Shown here piece after piece: positions 40,861 to 52,820 of a stretch of 64,000 nucleotides of DNA. Made by a program: the position numbers and the translations under genes. Positions within the stretch are counted from its first letter, which is position 1. Each line of letters opens with the position of its first letter. The notes below the pieces were generated by a model that did not search any database, was not told the origin of the DNA, and saw only the letters and a list, made by a program, of their open reading frames with translations. Source of the stretch: Lytechinus pictus (taxonomy: Eukaryota); the NCBI RefSeq assembly GCF_037042905.1, contig NC_087250.1:26228001-26292000 (forward strand). Reading direction: 5' to 3'.

Positions 40861-41599
40861 GCCTTTTCTGTATACAAAAATAAAGTTTACCTTTTCTGTT
40901 CATTACTTGTTTTCCTTTCTTTCTTTGCGCCCCATTTTCTCTTTTTGCGCCCCCATGAAACTGGCGGGGCACGTGCCCCTCCCTAGAAACGCCACTGCTC
41001 CTCACATAAGAAAAGTACTGTTTGTTCATATCACATTCAATAAAAGCGTGTACAACGTTGTCTTTAAACATGACAGTGCGGACAATATTTTTCGTCAGCA
41101 ATACCCCCCCCCTATTTAAAAAGATTACTTCTAACGGGTACTAGTGAGTTGTATAAAAGTTTATTATTAAACTCTCGTAAGCGAAGCTCACCTATGCATA
41201 TCAAATTTCTTTTTAAACACAGAAACCAGTAAATATCAGTCTGCAATATATTTTCAAACCAGATAAAAAAAAGTTTACTACTAATTGCCACCATATTGAT
41301 ATATGTTTAGATCTAGTACATTGAAATAAACTTAGCTTTGTGAAATCATGAAATCTTAGCTAAATACCAATAATTATGATGATCACGAACACAAAAATGC
41401 ATATGTGGGACAGTGTATTATTAATATTTTTGTTTAGATTGTTCTTTGGGCCTGATGTTTCCATCATAAAATGATTAAAAGTGGCACATGACCGCCACGT
41501 AAAAAAAAACATGATATAATTAAAAGTACAAGCTTTGATATCAAGCTAATTAAAAATGAATTAACACCTAAATATTTATATGTTGGTAGCTAAATGGAA

Positions 41600-41710
41600 T
41601 GTGTTAGAGGGAGTGACTTCCACAGCCGAGCCGTCATTGGAATATATGAAGATTGATGAAGAGAAGTATTTGACTTTGGGACAATGACTCTGTAGGGGTG
41701 GGCAGCTTGG
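41600..41710 (-). mobile_element. Short LINE ORF2 C-terminal remnant (CR1/Jockey-like)
   Basis: HPYRVIVPKSNTSLHQSSYIPMTARLWKSLP resembles the S(F/Y).P.T..LWNSLP end of LINE ORF2. Confidence 0.5.
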
Positions 41711-42008
41711 AAAATACCCGACATTTTATGGAATTCCGTGCCTTTTATTTCTGGGCAATTACATTTATTCTTACAATTAAACACTTCGGTAGTCATTTTA
41801 TTGGATTCTGTTCGAAGTCATTTTGAGATCGTTACCACAATTTCCATTTATCTTTAACTGATGAAAACAAATATGAATATCCCATTTGCAATGCGGAATA
41901 TAAATGTATATATACATGTATACATATATACATATGTATTTGTATACATATATAATATCCTCTTTTAGAGTAGTGCATTATGGGAAATGACAATCGTATG
42001 TACTCTAC

Positions 42009-42121
42009 CTAATATCTTGGCTACTCTGGCGTAGTTTCGCTCACTAATATTCGGCCATATTGCTTTCACGCCATCTTCTGCCGTGATAGCTGCTAGTGCA
42101 TTTACTCCAGACGATAGCGTG
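42009..42121 (-). CDS. SLC5A-like exon 9
   Basis: STLSSGVNALAAITAEDGVKAIWPNISERNYARVAKIL; 113 nt. Confidence 0.93.
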
Positions 42122-42674
42122 CTGCAGAAAGGGATAAAATCGAAATATTAAATGATTCATCTATGATTCATCTTTCTTCAATATTTATTTTTTGTCTTCA
42201 AAAATCTGATTTTTTTTATTCCCTTGTTATCATCCTTCTACGGATAACGGGAGTAAAACAAGAACAATCTGACATTAGACTATTCATTTTTGAAATATAG
42301 TTCCATTTTTTGTATACACAAGAAAATGTTTCAACTGGCGCAATTAATGGTCTCCGAAATAGTGCATTTTTTTTTCGTGAGACGAAATGGTTGTCAGGTT
42401 GCTTCTCCCCTAACCCTCAATCACTAATTGCCCGAGGGTTACAGGACATGGTATTATGAATAACCGTCAAAGAATACCGGTGCTATGAATTTCAAGAGTT
42501 TTTAATTTATCATTTCATTCATCTACTTGCTTTTTCTTTTCCTTTTTTTCCTTTAACTTGTTTTCTTTTCCCTTTTTTACGTTGAATGTAAATTGCAAAA
42601 TATCCTTGTCCTTTTATATACTTGTCAATTTTCATGCAAATATAGATAATTGAATTGTATATCAGTTAGCCTAC

Positions 42675-42763
42675 CTCAGAGATGCACTGACAACTGATGC
42701 TAGAAATACACCAGGCAATCCGGGAATTTCGGCAAACAACTCCATCACAAGGAGAGGCATTAT
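42675..42763 (-). CDS. SLC5A-like exon 8
   Basis: IMPLLVMELFAEIPGLPGVFLASVVSASL; 89 nt. Confidence 0.93.
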
Positions 42764-43034
42764 CTAAAAAAATATATATATATGTATAACGAAATTCGAT
42801 TCCGGAAAGTAGTTTATGGGGAAAATGAAATTTCAATATAAGAGGTGGCAATGAACCGAGATGCAGATCAGCTCTAAATGATAGGAACTGAACTTAGACC
42901 TACGGATAAAGATGTAAACAAGTGTATCCAGTGGGCATTTTATGTAACGATTTTTGTAAGTGTTAAGGAGATCTTACAGCTTTTTCACCAAAGAGAACCT
43001 ATCTACCCGATAGTTTATATTAAGCATTATATAC

Positions 43035-43164
43035 CTGGTCACGTGACGAGACGACCTTCGATTTCCATGGGTCGCAGTTTACGTAGTAGGCGTACATAAC
43101 CAATCCAGAAAAGATGCATAGGGCAAATATTATCCCCTTTAAGAGGACCGCGAGGAACAAGGCC
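43035..43164 (-). CDS. SLC5A-like exon 7
   Basis: ALFLAVLLKGIIFALCIFSGLVMYAYYVNCDPWKSKVVSSRDQ; 130 nt. Confidence 0.93.
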
Positions 43165-43549
43165 CTACAGACATGAAAAGAAAATTAAAATTATTTCGAA
43201 ACAAGAAAACAGATGTTGTTTTGTATGTTAACTATTTACTGTTTCGAGCTTATGCATGAACAAAATTTCAACATTTTTTTTTCTATTCGGCATCTATATT
43301 GCACACGATTTTAATATAATCATAAAGCCAAATATTTTAGTAACCAATACAATAATACATTGAGCAGTGATTTACTTTTTATCATGATTTTTATTTATTG
43401 TTTCTGTCTTGTAATTTCACATTTTTTAATTGATTTGTTTATTTATCTATCTTTATATTTATTTATTCATCTATTTTGGTGGGGATTTAAAACATTTCTA
43501 TGCAGAGCGTTGGCAATAAAAAATGGGCTGGAAATACCATTACCTCACC

Positions 43550-44798
43550 CTTACCGTGTTTACATGTGATCGGCTTTTGGTTCAGAGCCGCGAGCCGATG
43601 CAGAATCGGCTTTTGGGTTTATCTTGCACCGCGTTTACACGCTGCATCGGCTCGCGTATCAGAAGCCTGAAACGATCCGCGCACCAACAATATACATGTA
43701 CGTCATAATAAAGACAACGCTGGATCCATGCGCTTACATGTACGTCATACGCGTTTCCGTTTTACACCCTGGCGAAGGCATTTTCCGCAAAAATAGCCAC
43801 AAAGCGACTAGTGAAGAGTCTACGTCTACGTTTGTTTACACAATCAGCTGAGCGCGCGATCCAAAAGTCCGCACCGAAGATATCCGCAGAACATACGTGC
43901 AAATGTAGCTGAGCTTATAGACCAAAAGCTTCAGTCTCTGTATTTTGGTTGTTCCGCTGAACTATATACGTTGGCTTCATGATTTTTTTTACTTTATCGC
44001 ACATGATCGTTTATATGAATGAAAACGAATAATAGCTAAAATATTGAAAAATAAAAACACATAATTACTTTTTTTTCATATTATATCTATCCTTATATCT
44101 ATCATATCTGTCTATCCACTATCTATGTTATAAATCAATCTATGGTACTACATGATATATCTATCTGTTAATTTGTCTATCTACTCTGTCTCTCTCATTC
44201 TCTATCTACCTATCTATCTGTCTATCTATCTATCCACCTAACATCTATCTCTCAAATTCTCTATCTATCCATCTGTCTCTCTTTTATTTCTCTCTATCCA
44301 TCTGTTAATCTACTCATGTGCAATATCAACACTGCTTCGACTTCCTTCGGGAGTCTATTTCCTCAGCTCTACTTTTCCCTTTTTTGTGCTCGATTCGATT
44401 CAATTACTACTTCATTTACTTGTTACCATTGTTAAATGTCATGTATTGCATAATGATTTTTTTTTCTGTAGGTTGCCTCCTATTCTCTTTCAAATTCCAC
44501 CTCTTGCTTTCCCTTCTCTTTGTCTTATCCCAATCTCTTTCCCTTCTCTCACCTCTTTCTTCTTAATCTTTCATTCCGCTTTTTTCTTCTTTGGTGACAC
44601 TTTACTTTTGGCCTTTTGTATTTATTCATGATACATTTCTTTTTATCTGTATGAATTTGTATTGTATTTGATATTTATTTATAATGTTTACTTTATATTT
44701 TAATATATATATATATATATATCTCAAATTCTCTCTATCTATCCATCTGTCTGTCTTTTTCTCTCTATCCGTCTATGTATCTATCTCTCAAATTATCA

Positions 44799-44832
<34 letters not shown>

Positions 44833-45548
44833 ATATCTATCTATCTATCTATGTAACTACAGTATCTATCTATTAATCTTATCTGTCTCTCCCCCTCTAT
44901 CTATCCATCTGTCTTTCTCTAGTTCTCTCTCTCTATCAATCTATCTATCTATCTTCTATCTATCTATCTATCTATATATATGTAACTGCGGTATCTATCG
45001 ATCTGTTAATTTGTCGCTCTTCTCTGTCTCTCTCATTCTTTATCTATCTATCCATCTAACATCTACCTATCTCTCAAATTCTCTATCTCTCTCTCTCTCC
45101 CTCTCTCTATCTATCTATCCATCTGTCTGGCTTTCTCTATTTCTCTCTATCTATCTATCTATCTATCTATGTAACTACAGTATCTATCTATCTGTTAATT
45201 TGTCTATCTTCTCTGTCTCTCTCATTCTTTATCTATCTATCTATGTATCTATCTATCTATATATATATCTAACATCTATCTATCTTTCAAATTCTCTATC
45301 TCTCTCTCCCTCTATCTATCTCTCCATCTGTCTGTCTTTTTTTTCTCTCTTTGTCTATTATTCTTTTTCCGTCCATATATATATATCTATCTATCTATAA
45401 CATCTCTCCATCTCTCAAGTTCTCTCCCCCATCTATATATCTATCTATCTATCTTTTATCTATTTATCTATCTATGTAACTATACAGTATCTATCTATCT
45501 GTTAATTTATCTATCTTCTCTGTCTCTCTCATTCTTTATCTATCTATC

Positions 45549-45602
<54 letters not shown>

Positions 45603-45637
45603 ACATGTACCTATCTCTCAAATTCTCAGATTCTCTA

Positions 45638-45670
<33 letters not shown>

Positions 45671-45809
45671 ATCATCCAGCTGTCTTTTTTTTTTCTCTCT
45701 CTATTTCTCTTAATCCGTCCATATATATATATATCTATCTATCTATAACATCTCATCATCTCTCAAATTCTCTCCCCCCCCCCCATCTATCTATCTATCT
45801 ATCTATCCA

Positions 45810-45844
<35 letters not shown>

Positions 45845-45849
45845 ACTTC

Positions 45850-45880
<31 letters not shown>

Positions 45881-46515
45881 CTACCTATCTATCTATCTAT
45901 GTCTCTATCTATTTATCAGTCTTTTATATCTATCTTTCGGCATCTAAGTGTATCAATCCATCAAACTTCAATTTTCTTTCTATTATATGAATCTGTTTAT
46001 TTTTATTTTGTCTGTCATTCTATTCATTTAGTTAATAATTTATATTTAGAAAAAAAAAACTTTTTCATAACTTTTCATTAAAAAAACGTAACTGCAAAAG
46101 CATGTTCGGATTTCACTCATATGACTGCTCTCTGTACATGAAGTGCCGAGGAACTCTATGCTCTGATCAGTAACTGTGCAGATTGCATGCGGTGGTGGGA
46201 CTCACCTGTGTCGCACGCTGCAACCAGCGACGTGTGTAGACTCTTCACTAGTCGCTTTGTGGCTATTTTTGCGGAAAATGCCTTCGCCAGGGTGTAAAAC
46301 GGAAACGCGCGTACGTCATAATGGTAAAGTAAATTAAATGCGCTTGAATTGCCGATGCAGAATCGGCTTTCTGTTAACACGCAGAAAAAACCGATTCTGC
46401 ATCGGCACGCGGTTCTGAACCTACTACTTTGATGGTGCAAAATTGCCGATTCTGCACCGAGAGCCGATGCAAATTACACGCAATGAAAAAGCCGATGCAG
46501 CGTGTAAATTGTTGC
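43550..46515. mobile_element. Fold-back DNA element with long inverted arms enclosing a (TCTA)n field
   Basis: Perfect 73-bp inverted repeat 43751-43823 / 46236-46308; repeated GCCGATGCAGAATCGGC motifs in both arms. Confidence 0.7.
44090..45920. repeat. Complex (TCTA)n/(TC)n simple-sequence field
   Basis: Long TCTA and TC runs with a recurring higher-order unit (TGTAACTACAGTATCTATC..TGTTAATTT). Confidence 0.95.
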
Positions 46516-46559
46516 CCATACGCCTTGTCTCACCTGCACAATGTTTGGAAGTTACTTAC

Positions 46560-46691
46560 TGTATGGCCCTGGGCTTGGTTCCACAAGCAATAAGGCGTTG
46601 AACCTCTATTTGGTTTGGTCTTGCCCCGTTAATGGTACCTCCTATCAACATAGTCCACAGTGTATATAGGATCCTCGGATCGGGGTTCCCC
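46560..46691 (-). CDS. SLC5A-like exon 6
   Basis: GNPDPRILYTLWTMLIGGTINGARPNQIEVQRLIACGTKPRAI; 132 nt. Confidence 0.9.
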
Positions 46692-47512
46692 CTAAATAAC
46701 AGTTAAACGAAAATTTAGCACGGCAGCCTACAGTACATCTCTTATTTTTTTTTAGCACAATGTTGGCTAAGAAATTAAAACGATCGTTGCAATCGCTGGT
46801 TCTGGGGAAGAAAGGAGACGGTTGTAATTCGAATAATAGACATTTAAAGTAAACCCATCCCACTGCAACAATAATTGGACATATTTTTTTAATTTATTTT
46901 TTTTATTGAAATATATTTATTCAGGAAAAACACAAGATTTGTATAAAATTTCTTTTTTACATCAGATTCCTTAAAGTTTAAAAGTTACATCAAAATTCAA
47001 AAATAAAAACTGATATAAGAATACGACCAGCTGCATATAATATGCAAAAAAAAGTAAGAATGACAATGGCAGTTCGTATCAACGCAATTTATTTATTTGA
47101 ATAGATGGTTAAATTAAATACATCATAGATATTTGTTGCTGAGCAATATAAATAAATGATTAATAAAGAAATTCCTTCAATAATGAATAAACCAAAAATA
47201 ATGGTTGACAATGATAATGATAGCTATTATGATAATGATGATAATAATTATCAAAATAATATTTTTAATGACAACAAATAATGATATCAAATTTATAAGA
47301 TTATATGTGATTAGATAAACCTATGACAATAAATAATCGAAATTAAAAGTTAAAAAGGGTGATTATATCAATTAACAAATGAACGTATGTACATGTAATT
47401 ACAGAGATAAATGAATGCAAATTATGAAATAAGTCGATAATGTAATCACACAAATTTGTATGTTAATCATCTCAAATGGGGAGTTGGTAAAATTGGCAAA
47501 AAAAATCTTTAC

Positions 47513-47667
47513 TCTAGAAACTGGATCCGATTGCCCTGTTCAGCAATTTGCCAAACTTTGTCGAGACCGCCGACCACCATGGTCCCTTTGATGATGAGGG
47601 CGATGACACCGACGATCATGATGATTCCTTGGAGGGTGTCTGTCCACACGACTGCCTTCAAACCACC
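47513..47667 (-). CDS. SLC5A-like exon 5
   Basis: GGLKAVVWTDTLQGIIMIVG..GNRIQFL; 155 nt. Confidence 0.93.
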
Positions 47668-47685
47668 CTGCACACATGCAATGTA

Positions 47686-48496
47686 CAGTGCGTCCCAGAA
47701 AAAACGAAACCGAGATTTAGCGATGATTTATCATAACTTAATCACAAATAAAATAGACAAATGACCTACCAATGTAAAGCTTAGGATCTCTTCTTTCATC
47801 TGATATTAAATAGATTATTTCTCCTTAATGCATGAGTGAGCAAAAACAATTTGAAGAGGGGATACCAAAAACTCATTTGGCGGGTTGTATCCAGCTTTCA
47901 AAAGGAAAACCACATTTAAAAAAATGCAATATCTGCTCTTTAATTTGATACCTCAATTACAGAAAATGGTCAAGAAATAACAAAATTCTGGTTATTTGAA
48001 ATAAGGCTTGAATTTCAATAATTTCATAAAATGAAGTACAGGCTAGCGTTCAAACTCACTCGACACTCCGTTTTGTTTACGATCAGCCATGCATTAAGTC
48101 TTTTGTTAGCCATGCGATAGCTTCTGTGGGAAACCGGTGAAAACAATTTATTTAATGAAATTATGGAGATTCAAGCCTTATTTTAAATAACCAGAACTTT
48201 GTTATTTCTTGACCATTTTCTGTAATTGAGGTATCAAATTAAAGAGCAGATATTGAACTTATAAGACATGTGATTTTCTTTTTGAAATTCATATACCCCC
48301 GCCAAATGAGTTTTTGGTATCCTTTCTTCAAATTGTTTTTGCTCACTCATGTGTGAATGAGGAATAATCTAAGTAATATTAGATGAAAGAGGAGATTCTA
48401 AGCTTTACATTGGTAGGTCATTTGTCTATTCTATTTTTGATTAAGTTATGATAAATCATCGCTAAATCTCGGTTTCGTTTTTTCTGGGACGCACTG
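47686..48496. mobile_element. Tc1/mariner-type palindromic MITE, 811 bp
   Basis: TA|CAGTGCGTCCCAGAAAAAACGAAACCGAG...CTCGGTTTCGTTTTTTCTGGGACGCACTG|TA; arms complementary for >300 bp. Confidence 0.93.
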
Positions 48497-48542
<46 letters not shown>

Positions 48543-48622
48543 AATGGAATGCCTAGCTTAAATCAAGTTTCCCCAGAGCTATCTGCCCTTATTTGGAAAA
48601 AAAAATGGTAATGCCGAAAACA

Positions 48623-48694
48623 TGTCTCTGCCGGGAATCGAACCCAGGCCCCCAGCTTTGAACACCGGTGCCTTAACCACTAGACCACAGAGAC
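48623..48694 (-). tRNA. tRNA-like gene (72 nt) with TCA anticodon; probably repeat-borne or pseudo, functionality unknown
   Basis: GTCTCTG TG GTCT AGTGGTTA AGGC A CCGGT GTTCAAA GCTGG GGGC CTGGG TTCGATT CCCGG CAGAGAC A, followed by TGTTTT and a T10 run. Confidence 0.6.
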
Positions 48695-48715
48695 GGGTTA
48701 GTGGCGGTGCCGGGT

Positions 48716-49410
48716 GAAAATGGCAGAGGCAAAAATGGCAGAGGTAAAAATGGCAGAGGTAATAATGGCAGAGGTAAAAATGGAAGAGGTAAAAATGGCA
48801 GAGGTAAAAATGGCAGAGGTAAAAATGGCAGAGGTAATAATGGCAGAGGCAAAAATGGCAGAGGTAAAAATGGCAGAGGTAATAATGGCAGAGGTAAAAA
48901 TGGAAGAGGTAAAAATGGCAGAGGTAATAATGGCAGAGGTAAAAATGGAACAGGTAAAAATGGCAGAGGTAAAAATGACAGAGGTAAAAATGGCAGAGGT
49001 AATAATGGCAGAGGCAAAAATGGCAGAGGTAAAAATGGCAGAGGTAATAATGGCAGAGGTAAAAATGGAAGAGGTAAAAATGGCAGAGGTAATAATGGCA
49101 GAGGTAAAAATGGAAGAGGTAAAAATGGCAGAGGTAATAATGGCAGAGGTAAAAATGACAGAGGTAAAAATGGCAGAGGTAATAATGGCAGAGGCAAAAG
49201 TGGCAGAGGTAAAAATGACAGAGGTAAAAATGGCAGAGGTAATAATGGCAGAGGTAATAATGGCAGAGGTAATAATGACAGAGGTAATAATGGCAGATGT
49301 AATAATGATATAGGTAATAATGGCAGAGGTAAACATGGCAGAGGTAATAATGGCAAAAGTAAAAATGGCAGAGGTATTAATGGCAGAGGCAAAAATGACA
49401 GAGGTAAAGA
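48716..49410 (+). repeat. 15-bp minisatellite (AAAAATGGCAGAGGT)n, ~46 units
   Basis: Directly visible; ~5 inverted units at 51048-51131. Confidence 0.97.
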
Positions 49411-49726
49411 TCATGACATGCTAGATCAGCAAGGAAAATATATAGCCTTTCATATTAATATCAGTAATAATTACTGACCTTGAATGGACTCCTATCGACA
49501 AAATGAGTATTATGAACTGATGAGATATTATTTGGATTTTTTCATCATTTCAGGTCTATACTTTATTGTTGATATGACTAAACTCAAACATTTTCATGCC
49601 AAAATTATTTCAATTAGTGAGTGATGAAAGGATTTATCTTTGCCAGTTCGTATAGTAGAACAGCACTTCATCACATACATATACCAAACGAACTGTAATG
49701 TAAACACCGATGTGCACTACCATTTA

Positions 49727-50129
49727 AGGCGACCACACACCTTACGATTGGTCTGTGACCCGATTTCAGAAAAAAATGTAGTAGAATTTGATGCTAATAT
49801 TGAGACTTGGAATATCTTACTGTGTAATGTTCTAAATCATACCTTTTTTCAAATCTGTAATTATGCTATCATTCTTCTTAGAATAAGATCGAATTAAATA
49901 TCGTAATGACGTCATAGCAGTCGTATACGATTGGGCTACGATTTGAAACTAATTTGGCATTACTCCAAAATAAAGGCTTGCTATCTTTCAAAATGGTTAT
50001 ATTAGTATTCTTTCAATTAATTTTAACCTCAAATAAAATGATATGTTCCATTCACATTTTCAGAAAATGAGCAAAATGCGATTTGTTCCAAAATCGGATC
50101 GCGAACAGTCGTAAAGTGTGCGGTGACCT
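49727..50129. mobile_element. Harbinger-like MITE, copy 2 (nested in the 48706-51139 element)
   Basis: Collinear with 33889-34279; same TIRs. Confidence 0.85.
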
Positions 50130-51414
50130 TAACACATTGAAATAGACGATTTCGGGATTTTTTGAACCACTTACATAACTTGGATAACACAAAAATAACA
50201 AAACGTTCTGCAATAAAAGTAATTTTTCATATTTCAACATCATGATATGGATCCGAATAGATATTGATATGATACGTATATAGTTAAATGTAAATTATAT
50301 AATAGCAACTAGTGTTCATTTTTTTCAGAGTAATACCTCATTGCAGCTAGTCCAAGTGGATATCAGGTTCTTTATTATGGTAACGGGTACCGCATGAATT
50401 TTGAAATGTGTATCGAATCAGGGATTTTAATTCATAGGTGTTTCTTAGGTATCATTCTATCGACCTGTTTTGAAGGAGAAATTCACCCTGACGACTGGTT
50501 TACTGTACAAATAGCAATGAAAATATATTGGTGAAGGTTTGCAGAAAACCCATCAAAGATTAAGAAAGTTATTAGAAGTTTGAGTTTTTGATCTGTGACA
50601 TCATATACTAGTAAATACATCGTATTTTATGCACCAAAATGTCTACTTTTCATTTGTTTTAATCAGTGGTTCATGATGGCTAAGTAAAAAATCTTTCAGG
50701 AGCGGATGTGAAATTGTTTGTATGTTAATATACTTAAGGTACAATTAAAATCATTTGCATTTTTTTTTAATGACATTTCATTGACATTTTGTTATTACAC
50801 CATATATGGAGAAAACTGCTCGCAAATGAAGTCCCCAAAATTTGAGTAGCTTTTTAAATCTTTGATGGATTCCCTAAAATCCTCACCAAAATCATTTAAA
50901 TAAACCTTATGTCAATTTCCCCTGTAATGAATTAAGTACAATATTTGGGATCCAAAGTGTTCTTCAAATTTTAATATTAAAAGAGCGATTTGACATGAAA
51001 AGGTCGTGCATGTAAGTCCAGGGAAAAAATACCAAGTCAAGTGTTATCATTTTTACCTCTGCCATTTTTACCTCTGCTATTTTTACCTTTGCCTTTCTTA
51101 CCACTGCCATTTTTACCTTTGCCATTTTTACGCCGAGCCTTAGTGGCTAGGGCGACCCCGATCCAACTGACCGACAGATAAACAGATTTTCGACACTATA
51201 CCAATTATAGCTTCCTTTGTCGGATGTAGGTGGATTTTGAACAATGACAAGCCGCCATTATTATCTTCATCCATTCCTTTCACAAAATATTTAAATAAAA
51301 GAGTTGCCAAAGCTGTTGTATATGTATAATTTCACACATACTGTATATATATATATATATGAGTGGGAATCATTCTTTAAAGCGTAATACCGATCTCGGT
51401 AATATAATAGATTT

Positions 51415-51620
51415 GGGGCGCCATAGTCTAGTTGTTATGATTTTCGTTTTTCAATCAGAGGGACGTGGTTCGAATCCCAGCCATGGCGTGTTTTCCTTCA
51501 GCAAGAAATTCATCCACACTGTGCTGCACTCAACCCAGGTGAGGTTAATTGGTACCCGGCAGGATTAATTCCTTTAATGCATGCTAGAGCCAAACCCGGG
51601 GTAATAATGATAAAAGAGAT
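51415..51620 (+). mobile_element. tRNA-derived SINE (same family as 34800-35235)
   Basis: Degenerate A box, GGTTCGAATCCC B box, shared core CTTCAGCAAGAAATTCATCCACACTGTGCTGCACTCAACCCAGG. Confidence 0.8.
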
Positions 51621-51921
51621 TAAAATCCATTTTAATGTAACATGTAACATGTGTTTGACCTTCACCTTTTCACACAAATGTCTAATTTCCCTCTTTTTCA
51701 AGATTATTCAACACATTCTTTTCATGAGAAAAGTTCAGTTTTCATCATGATGATCATATTGATCTCAATAAACATGGTAATTGTACTGGTAAGCATGCAA
51801 ATCAGAGACATATCACCTAATTCGTCCTCATGACGAATAAAAATTATAGTTATTATGTATCTTTTTTGCAACACTCTGCAAACTGCTCTTATTTATTTGT
51901 GAAATACTCCTGGATGCTTAC

Positions 51922-51989
51922 CACTGATGTATAAAATATACACACTATTCCAGTCGATAGCATACATGTCCACAGATCAAACCCAGTAA
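51922..51989 (-). CDS. SLC5A-like exon 4
   Basis: VTGFDLWTCMLSTGIVCIFYTSV; 68 nt. Confidence 0.92.
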
Positions 51990-52400
51990 CTATGGCAACC
52001 AAATGATAGAATAAAATAAAAGGGAAATTAATGGAAGTAACACGTTGGATTTTTTTTCTATTTTTTTAGGGGGGGGGGGGTTATGATTATTTGCTAGCTA
52101 TTTTGCCCCTTTTTACATTGAACCTAAAATATTGTGAGGGGATAGTTATTCATTTTAATAGCTAGATGATTGGCAACATAATCGCCATCCAAATACATGC
52201 ATTGTTAATGTGGGTCTTAATCACACGATTATACTACAAACAATAATGCATTATGGGTAAGGCTCCTGGCAAGTTTTCAGGAGTTGATTATTGTTTATTT
52301 TGAGTAGTTACATGTACAAGGCAGTCAGTTGGAATTTGCTTTAAATTGAGAGGTGTGCAGTTTAAAACATAAGCCCACCAAGAAAATGAAGAAGACATAC

Positions 52401-52452
52401 CTGCATTCAACGCTATCGCAGGCGTGTAGACCACAGATCCCAAATAGAACAG
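52401..52452 (-). CDS. SLC5A-like exon 3
   Basis: LFYLGSVVYTPAIALNA; 52 nt; AG/GT borders. Confidence 0.92.
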
Positions 52453-52571
52453 CTGTACCGTGACAAGTATGGTAAGGCGAAAATCAAAATGAGCGTATGA
52501 TTACACAATAGTATCTTACGAACAAAATGAAATATATAGAGGGAAATGGAAAAAGAATAACTCTTTTACTT

Positions 52572-52631
<60 letters not shown>

Positions 52632-52820
52632 ATAATAATGATAATAATAACAATAATGATAATAGCAAAGATAATTTTAATATAAATAAGGATAATAATG
52701 ATAATAATAGCAAAAATAATGATCTAACAATAATGATTACAGCATAAATAATAATAATTAAAATAACAATAATGACAATAATAATACTGACAATAATAAT
52801 AACAATGGTAATGATAATAG
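52572..52820. repeat. (CTA)n microsatellite followed by (AAT)-rich sequence
   Basis: Directly visible. Confidence 0.95.

Larger units (their letters stand above)
48706..51139. mobile_element. Non-autonomous DNA transposon with minisatellite-built inverted ends (Mutator/foldback-like)
   Basis: 8-bp TSD TTAGTGGC (48698-48705, 51140-51147); GG termini; 15-mer array at left and its reverse complement at right. Confidence 0.8.

Noticed and set aside
40481..41101. 206-aa ORF as an intact gene
   Set aside because: Chimeric frame: unrelated repeat sequence fused to a decayed RT fragment that has downstream in-frame stops.
44684..45400. 238-aa hydrophobic ORF
   Set aside because: Translation of (TCTA)n simple sequence.
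48716..49410. Possible CRISPR-like array
   Set aside because: Contiguous tandem units with no unique spacers, no cas genes, eukaryotic context.
48673..49477. Four overlapping 199-258 aa ORFs (RGG-like, LP-rich, MAEVK repeats)
   Set aside because: Products of a stop-free 15-bp minisatellite inside a transposon; no independent coding evidence.
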